This document shows positions 7,979 to 16,272 of a DNA stretch of 24,357 nt, piece after piece (positions within the stretch are counted from its first letter, which is position 1; the number at the start of each line of letters is the position of its first letter). The notes below the pieces were generated by a model, which did no database searches, had not been told where the DNA came from, and saw only the letters and a program-made list of their open reading frames with translations. This DNA is from a virus (taxonomy: Duplodnaviria; Caudoviricetes): positions 1 through 24,357 of the IMG/VR virus record IMGVR_UViG_3300025875_000091. One strand, given 5' to 3'. The position numbers and the translations under genes were made by a program.

Positions 7979-10198
7979 TCACTGTCCGTCACCGTTGATG
8001 ACGGCGCGTACCCGTCGTCGACCGAGCGTCGCGGACGCTGCACCGCGCGTCATCGAGACCGCCACACGCACCGCCGAGCGCCCGATGTCGGCGACTGCCG
8101 TCACCGGCGTGCGCTTGCGCAGCAGGTTGAACGACGTCGAGTTCGAGACCGTCGGCGCGAAGATGCGTACGCCGTACCGCTGCTCTTCGTGGTTGAAGAC
8201 GAGCGCGGCGACGCTGAACCGCTCCGTGCCGGGACGGTCGACGATGCGCCGACGCACGTACCACCCGCCCGACTCGCTGTGCTCGACGTCGATGCGGACG
8301 CCGTACAGCTCGTCGACGCTCGTGTGCGTGTCGATGCGCACGCCGTACCGCTCGCTGTGCTCGTCGGTGATCGCGCGCTTCACTGCCCACGTGGTGAAGT
8401 CGGGCGCGTCGACGATCCGGCGACGGACGCCGTACGTGTCGAGCGCGTCCTGCGCGATGGCGAGCGCCGCACGGTACAGATCGGACGCGCTCGCGTCGAC
8501 TGCCTGCGCCACGCGGAACGCCGTCGTGTTCGTGTCGACGATCGCGCGCTTCACCGGGTACGCTGTCGCACGTGTGTTCACGATGCGCTGACGTGCGTAC
8601 CAAGAAGTCGCGACCGCTGTCGAGACGATCGAGCGAACCGGCGAGACCGCCGACGCGGACGAACTGACGATCGCGCGCACGTCGAACGAGTCGCCGTCGT
8701 CGATGCGCATGTCGATCGGCACACGGTTGCCGTACTCGTCGCTGTGCTCGGCGTAGACGACGCGGGCGGCTTCGTAGTCGGTCGTCGTCGACTGCTCGAC
8801 GATCGCACGGGCGTACCACTCGTCGCCGGTGCTCGACTCCACTGCCAGCCGGACGCCGTACGTGTCCGCCTTCGGCACGTCGGCGATGCGGCGGCGCACG
8901 CCGTACGTGTTCGCACGGCTCGTGCTGATGATCCGGCGGACCGGGGCGGACGACGAGCGGGACGCGGTGACGATGGCGCGGACGTCGAACGACTCGTCGA
9001 CGCGGTTCGACGGGTAGAACGCGACGCGCCACGTGTCGCCCGTGCTGCTCTCGACGCCGACCCGCACGCCGTAGTCGGTCGCGTTGACCTGCTCGCCGAC
9101 CGCGACGCGGACGCCGTACAGCTCGCCGGTGTCGGTGCCGACGATGCGCCGCGCACCGAAGGTCGACGTGACCTGCGTCACGAGCTGGTCGGCGACCGCC
9201 CATGCCGTCGAGCGCCCTCCGGCGACCACGGCAGCGACGTCGTACGCCTGCCCGCCCTGCGCCCCGCTGACGCCCTGCCGGACGCCCCACGTACTCGACA
9301 GCCCGGCAGCAGCCATGGCGCGCCGGACGGCGTACACAGCGGCAGCCGACGCGGCAGGCGCGGCGACCCGGACACCGTGCGTCGTCGAGCGAGACGCGGC
9401 GACGATGTCGCGCACGCCGTAGTTCGTGGCGCGCGAGTTGTCGACCGGCGTCGTCGTCGGGAAGACTTCGTACGACGTGCTGATCGACGTCGAGACGCCG
9501 CCCGCCTTGCGAACGCCGTACGTCGTCGCCTGCCCGCGCTCGACGGGCTGCATCGTGCCGAAGAGAACGAACGCCGACTGCGAGTCGACTTCGCCTGCCG
9601 CGTTCGTGTACTGCCCGACGTTGCGCGCACCGCGCACGGTCGACGGGTAGATGACGCCCGTCGAGACCGTCAGACGTCCGCCGATGCGCGTGTACATCTG
9701 CTCGTACGACGGTCCGGCGGACTGATCAGCCGAGCGACCCGGCCAGTCGACGCCGTTCCATCCCGCCTTGATGAAGCACACGGCAGCGCGCGGCGGATCG
9801 GTCGGCGGCTGAATGTCGACGACGTTGATGCCGTTCACGTCGACGCGCGAGTCGACAGCGCCCCACCCGGACACGCCGCCGAAGCGGAAGATCGAGAACG
9901 CCCACGGAACCGTCGTGCTCGCGTTGTTCGTCGGCACCGTGACGCGGATCGTCCCGCCCGGCGAAGGCGACGAGATCGTGATGTCGGTCTGACAGTGTGA
10001 CGCGACCTGATACACGCCGGTGATGTACGCCCACGACAGACCGTCGGCGACGGGCGTGTACACGTTCTTAGACGTCGCGCCGGTCGCGTCGAGCACGACG
10101 AGACGGTCGCCCGGATCGGTCGGCACGTCGATGAACCGCGACTGCCCGTACCCCGCGCCGCTGTTGTACGTGCCCTTCCAGATCGGTTCGCTCGACAC
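7979..10198 (-). CDS. Repeat-containing putative virion fibre/ruler protein (739 aa)
   Basis: An N-terminal ~225-aa beta-rich domain, then ~32 tandem 14-17-aa repeats of consensus [YWF]-G/x-V-R-x-x-[VI]-x7, then a short basic beta-rich tail. Lies between capsid and adaptor genes. Confidence 0.65.
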   Translation of the reverse strand: MSSEPIWKGTYNSGAGYGQSRFIDVPTDPGDRLVVLDATGATSKNVYTPVADGLSWAYITGVYQVASHCQTDITISSPSPGGTIRVTVPTNNASTTVPWAFSIFRFGGVSGWGAVDSRVDVNGINVVDIQPPTDPPRAAVCFIKAGWNGVDWPGRSADQSAGPSYEQMYTRIGGRLTVSTGVIYPSTVRGARNVGQYTNAAGEVDSQSAFVLFGTMQPVERGQATTYGVRKAGGVSTSISTSYEVFPTTTPVDNSRATNYGVRDIVAASRSTTHGVRVAAPAASAAAVYAVRRAMAAAGLSSTWGVRQGVSGAQGGQAYDVAAVVAGGRSTAWAVADQLVTQVTSTFGARRIVGTDTGELYGVRVAVGEQVNATDYGVRVGVESSTGDTWRVAFYPSNRVDESFDVRAIVTASRSSSAPVRRIISTSRANTYGVRRRIADVPKADTYGVRLAVESSTGDEWYARAIVEQSTTTDYEAARVVYAEHSDEYGNRVPIDMRIDDGDSFDVRAIVSSSASAVSPVRSIVSTAVATSWYARQRIVNTRATAYPVKRAIVDTNTTAFRVAQAVDASASDLYRAALAIAQDALDTYGVRRRIVDAPDFTTWAVKRAITDEHSERYGVRIDTHTSVDELYGVRIDVEHSESGGWYVRRRIVDRPGTERFSVAALVFNHEEQRYGVRIFAPTVSNSTSFNLLRKRTPVTAVADIGRSAVRVAVSMTRGAASATLGRRRVRAVINGDGQ
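8132..9520 (-). repeat. Protein-level tandem repeat array (~32 units, mostly 14-15 aa)
   Basis: Examples: YGVRDIVAASRSTT, YGVRVGVESSTGDT, FDVRAIVTASRSSS, YGVRLAVESSTGDE, WYARAIVEQSTTTD, YGVRIDTHTSVDEL. Confidence 0.9.
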
Positions 10199-10217
10199 GT
10201 ACCTAGCCTCTCATGCA

Positions 10218-10254
10218 GAACGGGACGCCGCCCACGAAGGGCAGCGCCCCGTTC
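10218..10254 (-). terminator. Hairpin after the 180-aa gene (terminator/attenuator)
   Basis: Minus-strand RNA GAACGGGGCGCUGCCC-UUCGU-GGGCGGCGUCCCGUUC: a 16-bp stem with two G.U pairs that form only on the transcribed strand. Confidence 0.7.
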
Positions 10255-10269
10255 AGGGTCGGAGCGGGA

Positions 10270-10812
10270 TCAGGCAGCCGTGTCGCCCGCGACGGAGACG
10301 GTGAAGCCGTCCGCGTCGATCGGCGCGCTGTTCTTCGCCGTACGGCGGACCCACACGGCGCGGACCTGACCGGGTCCGATGTTGCCGAGCGCCAGCCCTG
10401 CGGCCTTCGTGGTCGGCGTGCCGAACGCGCCGACGCTCGACGGGGCGGTCGTCTGCGACGCGATCGTCGCAGCCTGCGCCGCCGTGGCACCCTTCGCCAC
10501 CGGGCCGACGTTGTCGACCGCGATCGCGATGTCGGCACCGCCCGCGACTTCGGCGCTGACGTACACGACAGCCGCTTCGAGCGTCAGGCTCGCGTGGTTG
10601 TTGAGCACGAAGAAGCACCGGTAGTCGACCGTCGACGCCGCGTTCTCGTCGCCGGTGATGTTGTCGAACAGCGTGTTCGTGCCCGCCGCCCATGCGGTCG
10701 TCGACACGTACTTGCCGAGCGAGTTGTTCGGGTTCGCCTGCGCGGTCGTGTCGCCCGCCGAACCGGCGGTCGTCGACAGCCTGAAGACGATGTCGGATGC
10801 TGCGATCGCCAT
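10270..10812 (-). CDS. Putative structural beta-sandwich protein (180 aa; fibre/decoration subunit candidate)
   Basis: Ala/Thr/Gly-rich: YRCFFVLNNHASLTL...LGNIGPGQVRAVWVRRT. TGATG overlap with the upstream gene and a strong hairpin downstream. Confidence 0.6.
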   Translation of the reverse strand: MAIAASDIVFRLSTTAGSAGDTTAQANPNNSLGKYVSTTAWAAGTNTLFDNITGDENAASTVDYRCFFVLNNHASLTLEAAVVYVSAEVAGGADIAIAVDNVGPVAKGATAAQAATIASQTTAPSSVGAFGTPTTKAAGLALGNIGPGQVRAVWVRRTAKNSAPIDADGFTVSVAGDTAA

Positions 10813-11276
10813 CAGACGTCACCCTTCTTCGCGTTCTTCGGCGCGGGCGAACCGGTCGTCGGCGTCTTCGGGGCGGACGTGTCGACGTCCTTCCCGTCCG
10901 CCGTCTTCGCCGGGTCGCCGACGTTCTCGACGTCCTCGCCGGTCGCCGTCTGCTCCGGCGCGACCGCGACGGCGTCACCGTCGGTGGGCGCGGCGACGAT
11001 GACGGGCAGCGAGTAGACGAGCCGCACGTTCCGCTTGTCGACCTTCACCTGCTCGATCAGCGACGGGTTCCCGGTCGGGCGCATCCCGCGCTGCATGGCG
11101 GTCTGCCGCATGTCGGCGTACTGCCGCTCGACGAGTTCGGTCGGCACGTCCTTGTCGGCGTCGTCGACGAACGCGAGGTAGTCCTTCACGAACGTGCTCG
11201 CGCTCGCGCTGTCCCGCACGTTCGGGACGGTACGCAGCTCGACCTCGCTCGCTTCCTTCGGGGCGGTCTTCGCCAC
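10812..11276 (-). CDS. Hypothetical protein (154 aa, low-complexity C-terminus)
   Basis: GTG at 11276 with GAGAGG SD. First gene after the capsid hairpin. Confidence 0.7.
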   Translation of the reverse strand: MAKTAPKEASEVELRTVPNVRDSASASTFVKDYLAFVDDADKDVPTELVERQYADMRQTAMQRGMRPTGNPSLIEQVKVDKRNVRLVYSLPVIVAAPTDGDAVAVAPEQTATGEDVENVGDPAKTADGKDVDTSAPKTPTTGSPAPKNAKKGDV

Positions 11277-11308
11277 TGTCTGATCCTCTCTCGGGTGAAC
11301 GGGTTGAA

Positions 11309-11338
11309 GCGGGGCGGCGACCGAAGTCACCGCCCCGC
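11309..11338 (-). terminator. Hairpin after the major capsid gene
   Basis: Minus strand GCGGGGCGGUGAC-UUCG-GUCGCCGCCCCGC: a 13-bp stem with a C(UUCG)G tetraloop, 7 nt after the stop. Confidence 0.75.
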
Positions 11339-11345
11339 GTCAGGA

Positions 11346-12269
11346 TCAGCCAGCGGCGGCGGCGGTGATCTCGATCATCGCTGCGGCCTTCGGGTGCGCG
11401 AGCACGTAGCCGCGCCGCGAACGCGCCTTGATCAGCGCCTCGTCGGTGAGCGCCGACGCGCCGGTGAAGCCGTTCACGACGGCGAACTCGGGACCGGACC
11501 GGATGCCGAGCACCGAGAACCCACGGTTGAAGACGGCGAGCAGCGGGTTGCCGGAACCCGCCGGGCCGACGCGCACGTCGGTGCCCGTCTTCAGACCGGC
11601 GGACCACCGCACGCTGTAGCCGAACAGCGTGTCGGGCGTGGTGCCGTTCCCTTCCATCAGGATCGGGCGACCGGTGTCGTCCTTCAGCCCACGGAACAGA
11701 CCCTTGAAGATCGGGTGCGCCGCGACGGCGAGCTGATCGAAGTAGTCGTCGTTCTCGACGATGCCGATCACGTCGGACAGGTCGTCGTACGACAGGTCAC
11801 CGGCGGTCTGCATCAGGTTCGCACCGGCGGTGTAGCCGACGCTCGCGTCGGCCTGCGACAGCGCCCGGTACATGGACGTGAACGGGACGGCGAGACCGTC
11901 CTCCGCTGCGGTGTTCGCGAAGACGGAGAAGTCGAGACGGCGCGCGTAGGTCGACGCCCACGCGAGCTGCTTCTGCGCGACGATGTCGCGCGGGATGTCC
12001 TCGATGTCCTCGTCGGCGATGCGCAGCAGACCGGTGAACTTCCGGGCGCGCAGCGTGACCTCGTCGTCGGTGTTGTCGTTCTCCGTGTACGCGGTGCCCT
12101 TCGGGGTGACCGCCACGTCGACGCCGCCGTCACGCGGGATGGACTTCGTGTCGCTGCCCATCGGCTCGCGACGGCACAGCGCCTCCGCCGCGCTCGTGTT
12201 CTGGACGGCGAGCAGGACGTCGGAACCCTTCTCTTCGGGAATCCAGACGTCGAGATTGGTACGCGCCAC
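11346..12269 (-). CDS. Major capsid protein (HK97 fold)
   Basis: WIPEE...EVTLRARKFTGLLRIADEDIED...GLKDDTGRPI...TLFGYSV...HPKAAAMI. GTG at 12269 lies 8 nt after AAGGAG. Follows the scaffold. Confidence 0.92.
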   Translation of the reverse strand: MARTNLDVWIPEEKGSDVLLAVQNTSAAEALCRREPMGSDTKSIPRDGGVDVAVTPKGTAYTENDNTDDEVTLRARKFTGLLRIADEDIEDIPRDIVAQKQLAWASTYARRLDFSVFANTAAEDGLAVPFTSMYRALSQADASVGYTAGANLMQTAGDLSYDDLSDVIGIVENDDYFDQLAVAAHPIFKGLFRGLKDDTGRPILMEGNGTTPDTLFGYSVRWSAGLKTGTDVRVGPAGSGNPLLAVFNRGFSVLGIRSGPEFAVVNGFTGASALTDEALIKARSRRGYVLAHPKAAAMIEITAAAAG

Positions 12270-12310
12270 GATTGGCACTCCTTCACATCAGGGACGGTGG
12301 TCGGCCCGTC

Positions 12311-12346
12311 GCGGGCGCACGCCTACAAGATAGCACGTGCGCCCGC
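12311..12346 (-). promoter_or_regulatory. Extended -10 (TGcTATCTT) in the loop of an 11-bp perfect inverted repeat upstream of the capsid gene
   Basis: gcgggcgcacg-cctacaagatagca-cgtgcgcccgc. The minus strand reads TG-C-TATCTT at 12335-12327. Confidence 0.55.
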
Positions 12347-12360
12347 AACGGTGCCAGCCG

Positions 12361-13056
12361 TCAGCCCTTCCCGGTGAGCCGGGCGGCGAGACGGTCGGCG
12401 CTCGACTTCGGGCGGTTGTCGGTCCGCTCGCGCCGACCACCGTCACCGCTGCCGGGCGCACGCCGACGGCGCGGACGGTCGTCGTCGTCCTTCTTCGACG
12501 TGCCGAACAGCTCTTCGTACTCGTCCTTCAGCTCGTCGATCTGATCGTCGAGACCGTCGACGTCGCCGTCGTCGTCGATGTCGACGTCGTCGAAGTCGAT
12601 GCGCCCGACGAGCAGCGCGGCGTTCTTCGCCGACGCACCGGCAGCGAGCAGCGCGGCCTTCGCCGACGACTTCTTCAGCGCGAGTTCCCGCTTCGCGATC
12701 TTCGCGTCGCTCTCGACGCGGTCGTCGTCGTCGTCCTCGTCGTCGTCCTTGCCGCGCTTCGACTTCGGCTTCTTCGCCGTGGCGGCGGCGAGCTGCCGAC
12801 GCAGTTCCCGGTTCGTCCGGCGCTCGGCGCGCAGCGCCTTCATGCCCTTCTCGCCGAGTTCTTCGTCGTCCTCGTCGTCGTCGTCCTTGTCGTCGTCGTC
12901 GCTGTCGTCGTCGTCCGACTCGTCGTCGTCGTCGTCGTCCGCGTCGTCGTCCGACAGGTCGATGTCGTCGTCGTCGGCGTCCTCGTCGTCGGACGCCTTG
13001 CCGCGCTTCTTCGTGGTCGGCTTCTTCAGCTCGTCCATCAGGGTGCGCTTCGCCAT
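12361..13056 (-). CDS. Capsid scaffolding protein
   Basis: 231 aa with a very acidic N-terminus and coiled-coil LGEKGMKALRAERR, ...LDDQIDELKDEYEELF. Directly upstream of the capsid gene. Confidence 0.85.
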   Translation of the reverse strand: MAKRTLMDELKKPTTKKRGKASDDEDADDDDIDLSDDDADDDDDDESDDDDSDDDDKDDDDEDDEELGEKGMKALRAERRTNRELRRQLAAATAKKPKSKRGKDDDEDDDDDRVESDAKIAKRELALKKSSAKAALLAAGASAKNAALLVGRIDFDDVDIDDDGDVDGLDDQIDELKDEYEELFGTSKKDDDDRPRRRRAPGSGDGGRRERTDNRPKSSADRLAARLTGKG

Positions 13057-13101
13057 GATCAGTGATGCCTTTCGTCAGCCGGTCGCCTCGCGCGTCCGGT
13101 C

Positions 13102-13116
13102 GTGTACACCTTACAC
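13102..13116 (-). promoter_or_regulatory. Putative -10 (GTG-TAAGGT-GTACAC) for the scaffold/capsid genes
   Basis: 14/15 identical to 16258-16272. Intergenic, upstream of the GAAAGG SD of the scaffold. Confidence 0.6.
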
Positions 13117-14087
13117 TAGACGGGCAGCTTGCGCCCGCGTCGGAACTCGCCGCGCTCGACGTCGCGGCGCGCACGCTCTTCGACCGTCTTCGGCAGCCCG
13201 GCACCGTTCAGCAGCAGCCGGTCGGCAGCCGACAGACGGGCGGCGGCGCTCTCGCTCGGCAGCGACCACCCGCGCGCAACGGACCGGCGAGCCTCGCGCT
13301 TCAGCGCATCGGGGATCGAGACCTGACCGGGGCGCGACCACTCCGGGCGGTACAGCGTGATGCGGCACCGGCAGTTCGGGTGAAGCGGCGGATCGGGAAC
13401 CGGGTCAGTCGACTGCGGCTTCTTCGCGAACGTGAGACCACCGGCGAACGGTCGGCCCGTCTCGGCGACCTGCCCGGCGTACGCGGTGCAGTGAAGGCAG
13501 GCGTCGCGCTCCGGTACCCACAGACGAGACGCACCGACGGCGGCAGCGGTCGCAGCGACGCCGGACGCGGCGGACCGGTTCACGCCCCACTTCGCCGCAC
13601 GCTCGATCGTCGTCACCGCCATGTTCGCGCGTGCCAGCCCGGCGAGCAGTTCAGGCATCGAGCGGACGCCGGTCAGCTTCTCGGCGGCGTCGATCAGCTT
13701 CGACTTCGCCTTGACGTCGGTCTCCTGCGCGACGCGGCGCACGTCGTCCGGCAGCTCGTCGATCGGCTCGATGCGCGGACGGTGGTCGACAGCCTGCACG
13801 TTCGCATGGTCGACGCCGAGCGCCTGTGCCGCGACGAACCCGGACAGCAGGTCGTCGCCGACGCTGACGCCGAGCGCGAGAAGCTGTTCACGCACACGAC
13901 GCAGCAGCGGCTCGACGTCGGCGTCGGGCGCGAGCTGCGAGTACGCGGCGAGCGCCTGCCCGATGATCTGCGCGAGCTGCGCCTTCAGCTTCGACGACGC
14001 CTGCGCTGCTGCGCCGTCTTCCGCTGCGACTAGTGCGTTCTCCTGCTCGTCGATCAGCGCGAGCAGGTTCGCGGCAGCGTCAGCCAT
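13116..14087 (-). CDS. MuF-like minor capsid/head morphogenesis protein
   Basis: ERDACLHC and PPLHPNCRC motifs. Lies between portal and scaffold. Confidence 0.85.
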   Translation of the reverse strand: MADAAANLLALIDEQENALVAAEDGAAAQASSKLKAQLAQIIGQALAAYSQLAPDADVEPLLRRVREQLLALGVSVGDDLLSGFVAAQALGVDHANVQAVDHRPRIEPIDELPDDVRRVAQETDVKAKSKLIDAAEKLTGVRSMPELLAGLARANMAVTTIERAAKWGVNRSAASGVAATAAAVGASRLWVPERDACLHCTAYAGQVAETGRPFAGGLTFAKKPQSTDPVPDPPLHPNCRCRITLYRPEWSRPGQVSIPDALKREARRSVARGWSLPSESAAARLSAADRLLLNGAGLPKTVEERARRDVERGEFRRGRKLPV

Positions 14088-15624
14088 CAGACGGCGGCGG
14101 CGTTGCCGGGCGCGTCAGGTTGTTGACGACCTGCTCGACCTGTTCCGGCGAGATCGCGCCGAGCGTCGACGCGGTGCCGAGATCGCGCAGCGCGGCAGCC
14201 GTGGCAGCCGTGTCGGCAGCGGCCTGCGCCGTGCTCTTCTCGCCGTACTTCGGCACGCCCCACGCATCACACTGCGTGTCGGTGTACCCGCGCTCGATCA
14301 GCACGCGACGCAGCGGCACGCCCGCTTCGATCTGCGCGGCGGCGACTTCCCACGTGTCCTTGTCGTCGAAGGTTTCGAGCGGTGCCCACGTGACATCGAC
14401 GTCGGCGTCGATCCCGACGAGTTCGAGCGCGAACTTGTAGACCTGCTTCCACGTCGTACCGAACCGACGCTGCAAGTCGGCGACCCGCCCGTTCAGCGGC
14501 GCGTCGTCGGCCCGGCGCGACTCACCGGAAGGGAGCTGCCCGCCGATGCGGAACGCCGACAGCGGCGTCTTCGTGGTCACGCTCATGCCCTGCACGAACT
14601 CGCGCTGCGGGTCAAGGAACGCGCTCGCCGACGCCGCGTCGAACTGACCGACGCCCTTCACGTTCTTCAACCACCACACCGAACCCGGCTCGCTCTTCAG
14701 CTTCGGGTCGGCGTTGCCGCTGTTCTCGTCCGGGCCGATGTTGATGTCGTCGTCGTCGGCGAAGTCGCTGTCGACTTCGGACACACCGCCGTTCGTGCTC
14801 GTGTCTTCGATCGCGTACCGCTGCGGCAGACCGAGATAGTCGACGTTGCCCATCTGCGTCGCGATCAGCTTGTTGATCGCGTTCTGCGGGCCGAAGGCGT
14901 CGCGGTGCTCCGGTCGACCGTACGGGCGCGCGGTGCGGAAGTGGAACACGGGCAGCTTGTCCCACGGGTTCGGGATCGGCCAGGTGCCGGGGTACTCGTC
15001 CTCGTCGTCGGTCGCTTCGACGGCGTCGTCGACGAACGGCTCGAACATCGTGTCGTCGTACTCGACGGCGCTCTTCAGCTCGCCACGGCTGATGTACCGC
15101 TCGATGTGCGAGCGGTAGTACAGGTTGACACGCAGCCGCTTCTCGCCGCCGACGGTGACGCCCCACACCTTGATCGCGTACTCGGCTTCGCGCGGGTTCT
15201 CGGCGCTGTAGAACACGCGGACGTTCATCGGGCTGTTGAAGTAGATGTCGACGTCGGTGATGTTCTCGTCGTCGTCCATCTCGGAAGGCCACACGATGAC
15301 GTAGCCGTCGCCGTACTCGCACGTCGCTTCGTGCGTGTCGTGCGTCTCGTCGGCGAGTTCCTTGTCGATCCACCACCGCTGAAGCTGCTCGGCGGCGTCC
15401 TTGTCCTGCGACGTGACGGACGACAGTTCGAGCTTGTCGAGACGGGACGTCACCACGATGCGCGCGTAGTTCATGCGGAACTTGTCGCTCGACTCGCCGA
15501 GCACGCGAGCGATCTTCTTCGACGCGATGATCTCGTCGACCGTGCCCTCGTAGAACTGTTCCGCTTCGTCGAAGCCGGGGCGGGCAGCAGCGAGCGCCTT
15601 CAGACCGGCGACGAGATCACTCAT
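14080..15624 (-). CDS. Portal protein (SPP1 gp6-like)
   Basis: FYEG...NYARIVV...YGDGYVIVWP...PNPWDKLPVFHF...YGRPEH...PSGESRR motifs. Start taken at ATG 15624 (leaderless; alternative ATG 15636). Confidence 0.92.
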   Translation of the reverse strand: MSDLVAGLKALAAARPGFDEAEQFYEGTVDEIIASKKIARVLGESSDKFRMNYARIVVTSRLDKLELSSVTSQDKDAAEQLQRWWIDKELADETHDTHEATCEYGDGYVIVWPSEMDDDENITDVDIYFNSPMNVRVFYSAENPREAEYAIKVWGVTVGGEKRLRVNLYYRSHIERYISRGELKSAVEYDDTMFEPFVDDAVEATDDEDEYPGTWPIPNPWDKLPVFHFRTARPYGRPEHRDAFGPQNAINKLIATQMGNVDYLGLPQRYAIEDTSTNGGVSEVDSDFADDDDINIGPDENSGNADPKLKSEPGSVWWLKNVKGVGQFDAASASAFLDPQREFVQGMSVTTKTPLSAFRIGGQLPSGESRRADDAPLNGRVADLQRRFGTTWKQVYKFALELVGIDADVDVTWAPLETFDDKDTWEVAAAQIEAGVPLRRVLIERGYTDTQCDAWGVPKYGEKSTAQAAADTAATAAALRDLGTASTLGAISPEQVEQVVNNLTRPATPPPSDG

Positions 15625-15631
15625 GCCCTGT

Positions 15632-15637
15632 ACCATA
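15632..15637 (-). promoter_or_regulatory. -10 TATGGT, leaderless start of portal
   Basis: TATGGT-acagggc-ATG, 7-nt spacing. Confidence 0.55.
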
Positions 15638-15642
15638 CCTCA

Positions 15643-15675
15643 CCGCCCCGCCTGCCGGGGCGGCAGACGGGGCGG
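15643..15675 (-). terminator. GC-rich hairpin ending the two-gene insert
   Basis: Minus strand CCGCCCCGUCUGCCG-CCC-CGGCAGGCGGGGCGG: a 15-bp stem with one U.G pair. No U-tract. Confidence 0.6.
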
Positions 15676-15684
15676 CTGTGAAGG

Positions 15685-15888
15685 TCATCCGATCTTGCCC
15701 TGCATGGACGGATGGACGAACCACACCGGGCACGTCTCGTGTCCACAGTGGTGCGCGAGCCGGAAGTACAGGACGCTGTCGGTCGTGCCGTCGGGCAGTT
15801 CGTGGAAGTACGCGAACGTGCCGATCTCCGGCAGGTCGACGTTCAGCTCGCACCCGTCGCCGGGTCCGCCGTACAGCTTGATGCGCAT
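15685..15888 (-). CDS. Hypothetical protein (67 aa, GGPxDG motif)
   Basis: MRIKLYGGPGDG...HHCGHETC. TGATG overlap with the upstream gene. Confidence 0.7.
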   Translation of the reverse strand: MRIKLYGGPGDGCELNVDLPEIGTFAYFHELPDGTTDSVLYFRLAHHCGHETCPVWFVHPSMQGKIG

Positions 15889-16256
15889 CAGCGGATCACG
15901 ATCGGGGCGACGGCGGCACCGAGCGACATCGCGGCGAGAATGGCAGCCGCGCGACGCTGACCGGTCGGGACGGCACCGGGGCGACCGTGAAGCGTGGTCG
16001 TCGGCGCGCCGGGAACCGGCGGCAGCATCGGCTCGCCCATGTACGTCGGGATGCGCACGGTGTCGTCGGCGGGCGGCGTGAACGTCGCGTCGCCGAGCAG
16101 GTCGCGCAGCGCGTCGGGCGACAGACCGTCGGCGTCCTCGCGCATGGCGCGGGCGAAGCCACGGTTGAAGTCGCGGACGTTCTGCGCGGTGATCTCCGGC
16201 AGCTCGGCGGTCGCGGTGCGGTCGGTCATGTCGATGATGTTCGTCTGCGTGGTCAT
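15888..16256 (-). CDS. Hypothetical protein with C-terminal hydrophobic anchor (122 aa)
   Basis: ATG 16256 (MTTQTNIID) lies 7 nt after a -10. Ends RRAAAILAAMSLGAAVAPIVIR. Confidence 0.65.
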   Translation of the reverse strand: MTTQTNIIDMTDRTATAELPEITAQNVRDFNRGFARAMREDADGLSPDALRDLLGDATFTPPADDTVRIPTYMGEPMLPPVPGAPTTTLHGRPGAVPTGQRRAAAILAAMSLGAAVAPIVIR

Positions 16257-16257
16257 G

Positions 16258-16272
16258 GTGTACAGCTTACAC
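16258..16272 (-). promoter_or_regulatory. -10 GTG-TAAGCT overlapping the terminase stop; leaderless
   Basis: TAAGCT-gtacacc-ATG. The TAA is the terminase stop codon. Confidence 0.6.

Noticed and set aside
7112-10000. 962-aa plus-strand ORF (and similar ones at 2210-4504, 10797-12377, 13621-15681, 15994-18051, 20474-21853)
   Set aside because: Antisense shadows of motif-bearing minus-strand genes, expected at high GC. Composition is Arg/Val/Ser-skewed with no recognisable motifs.
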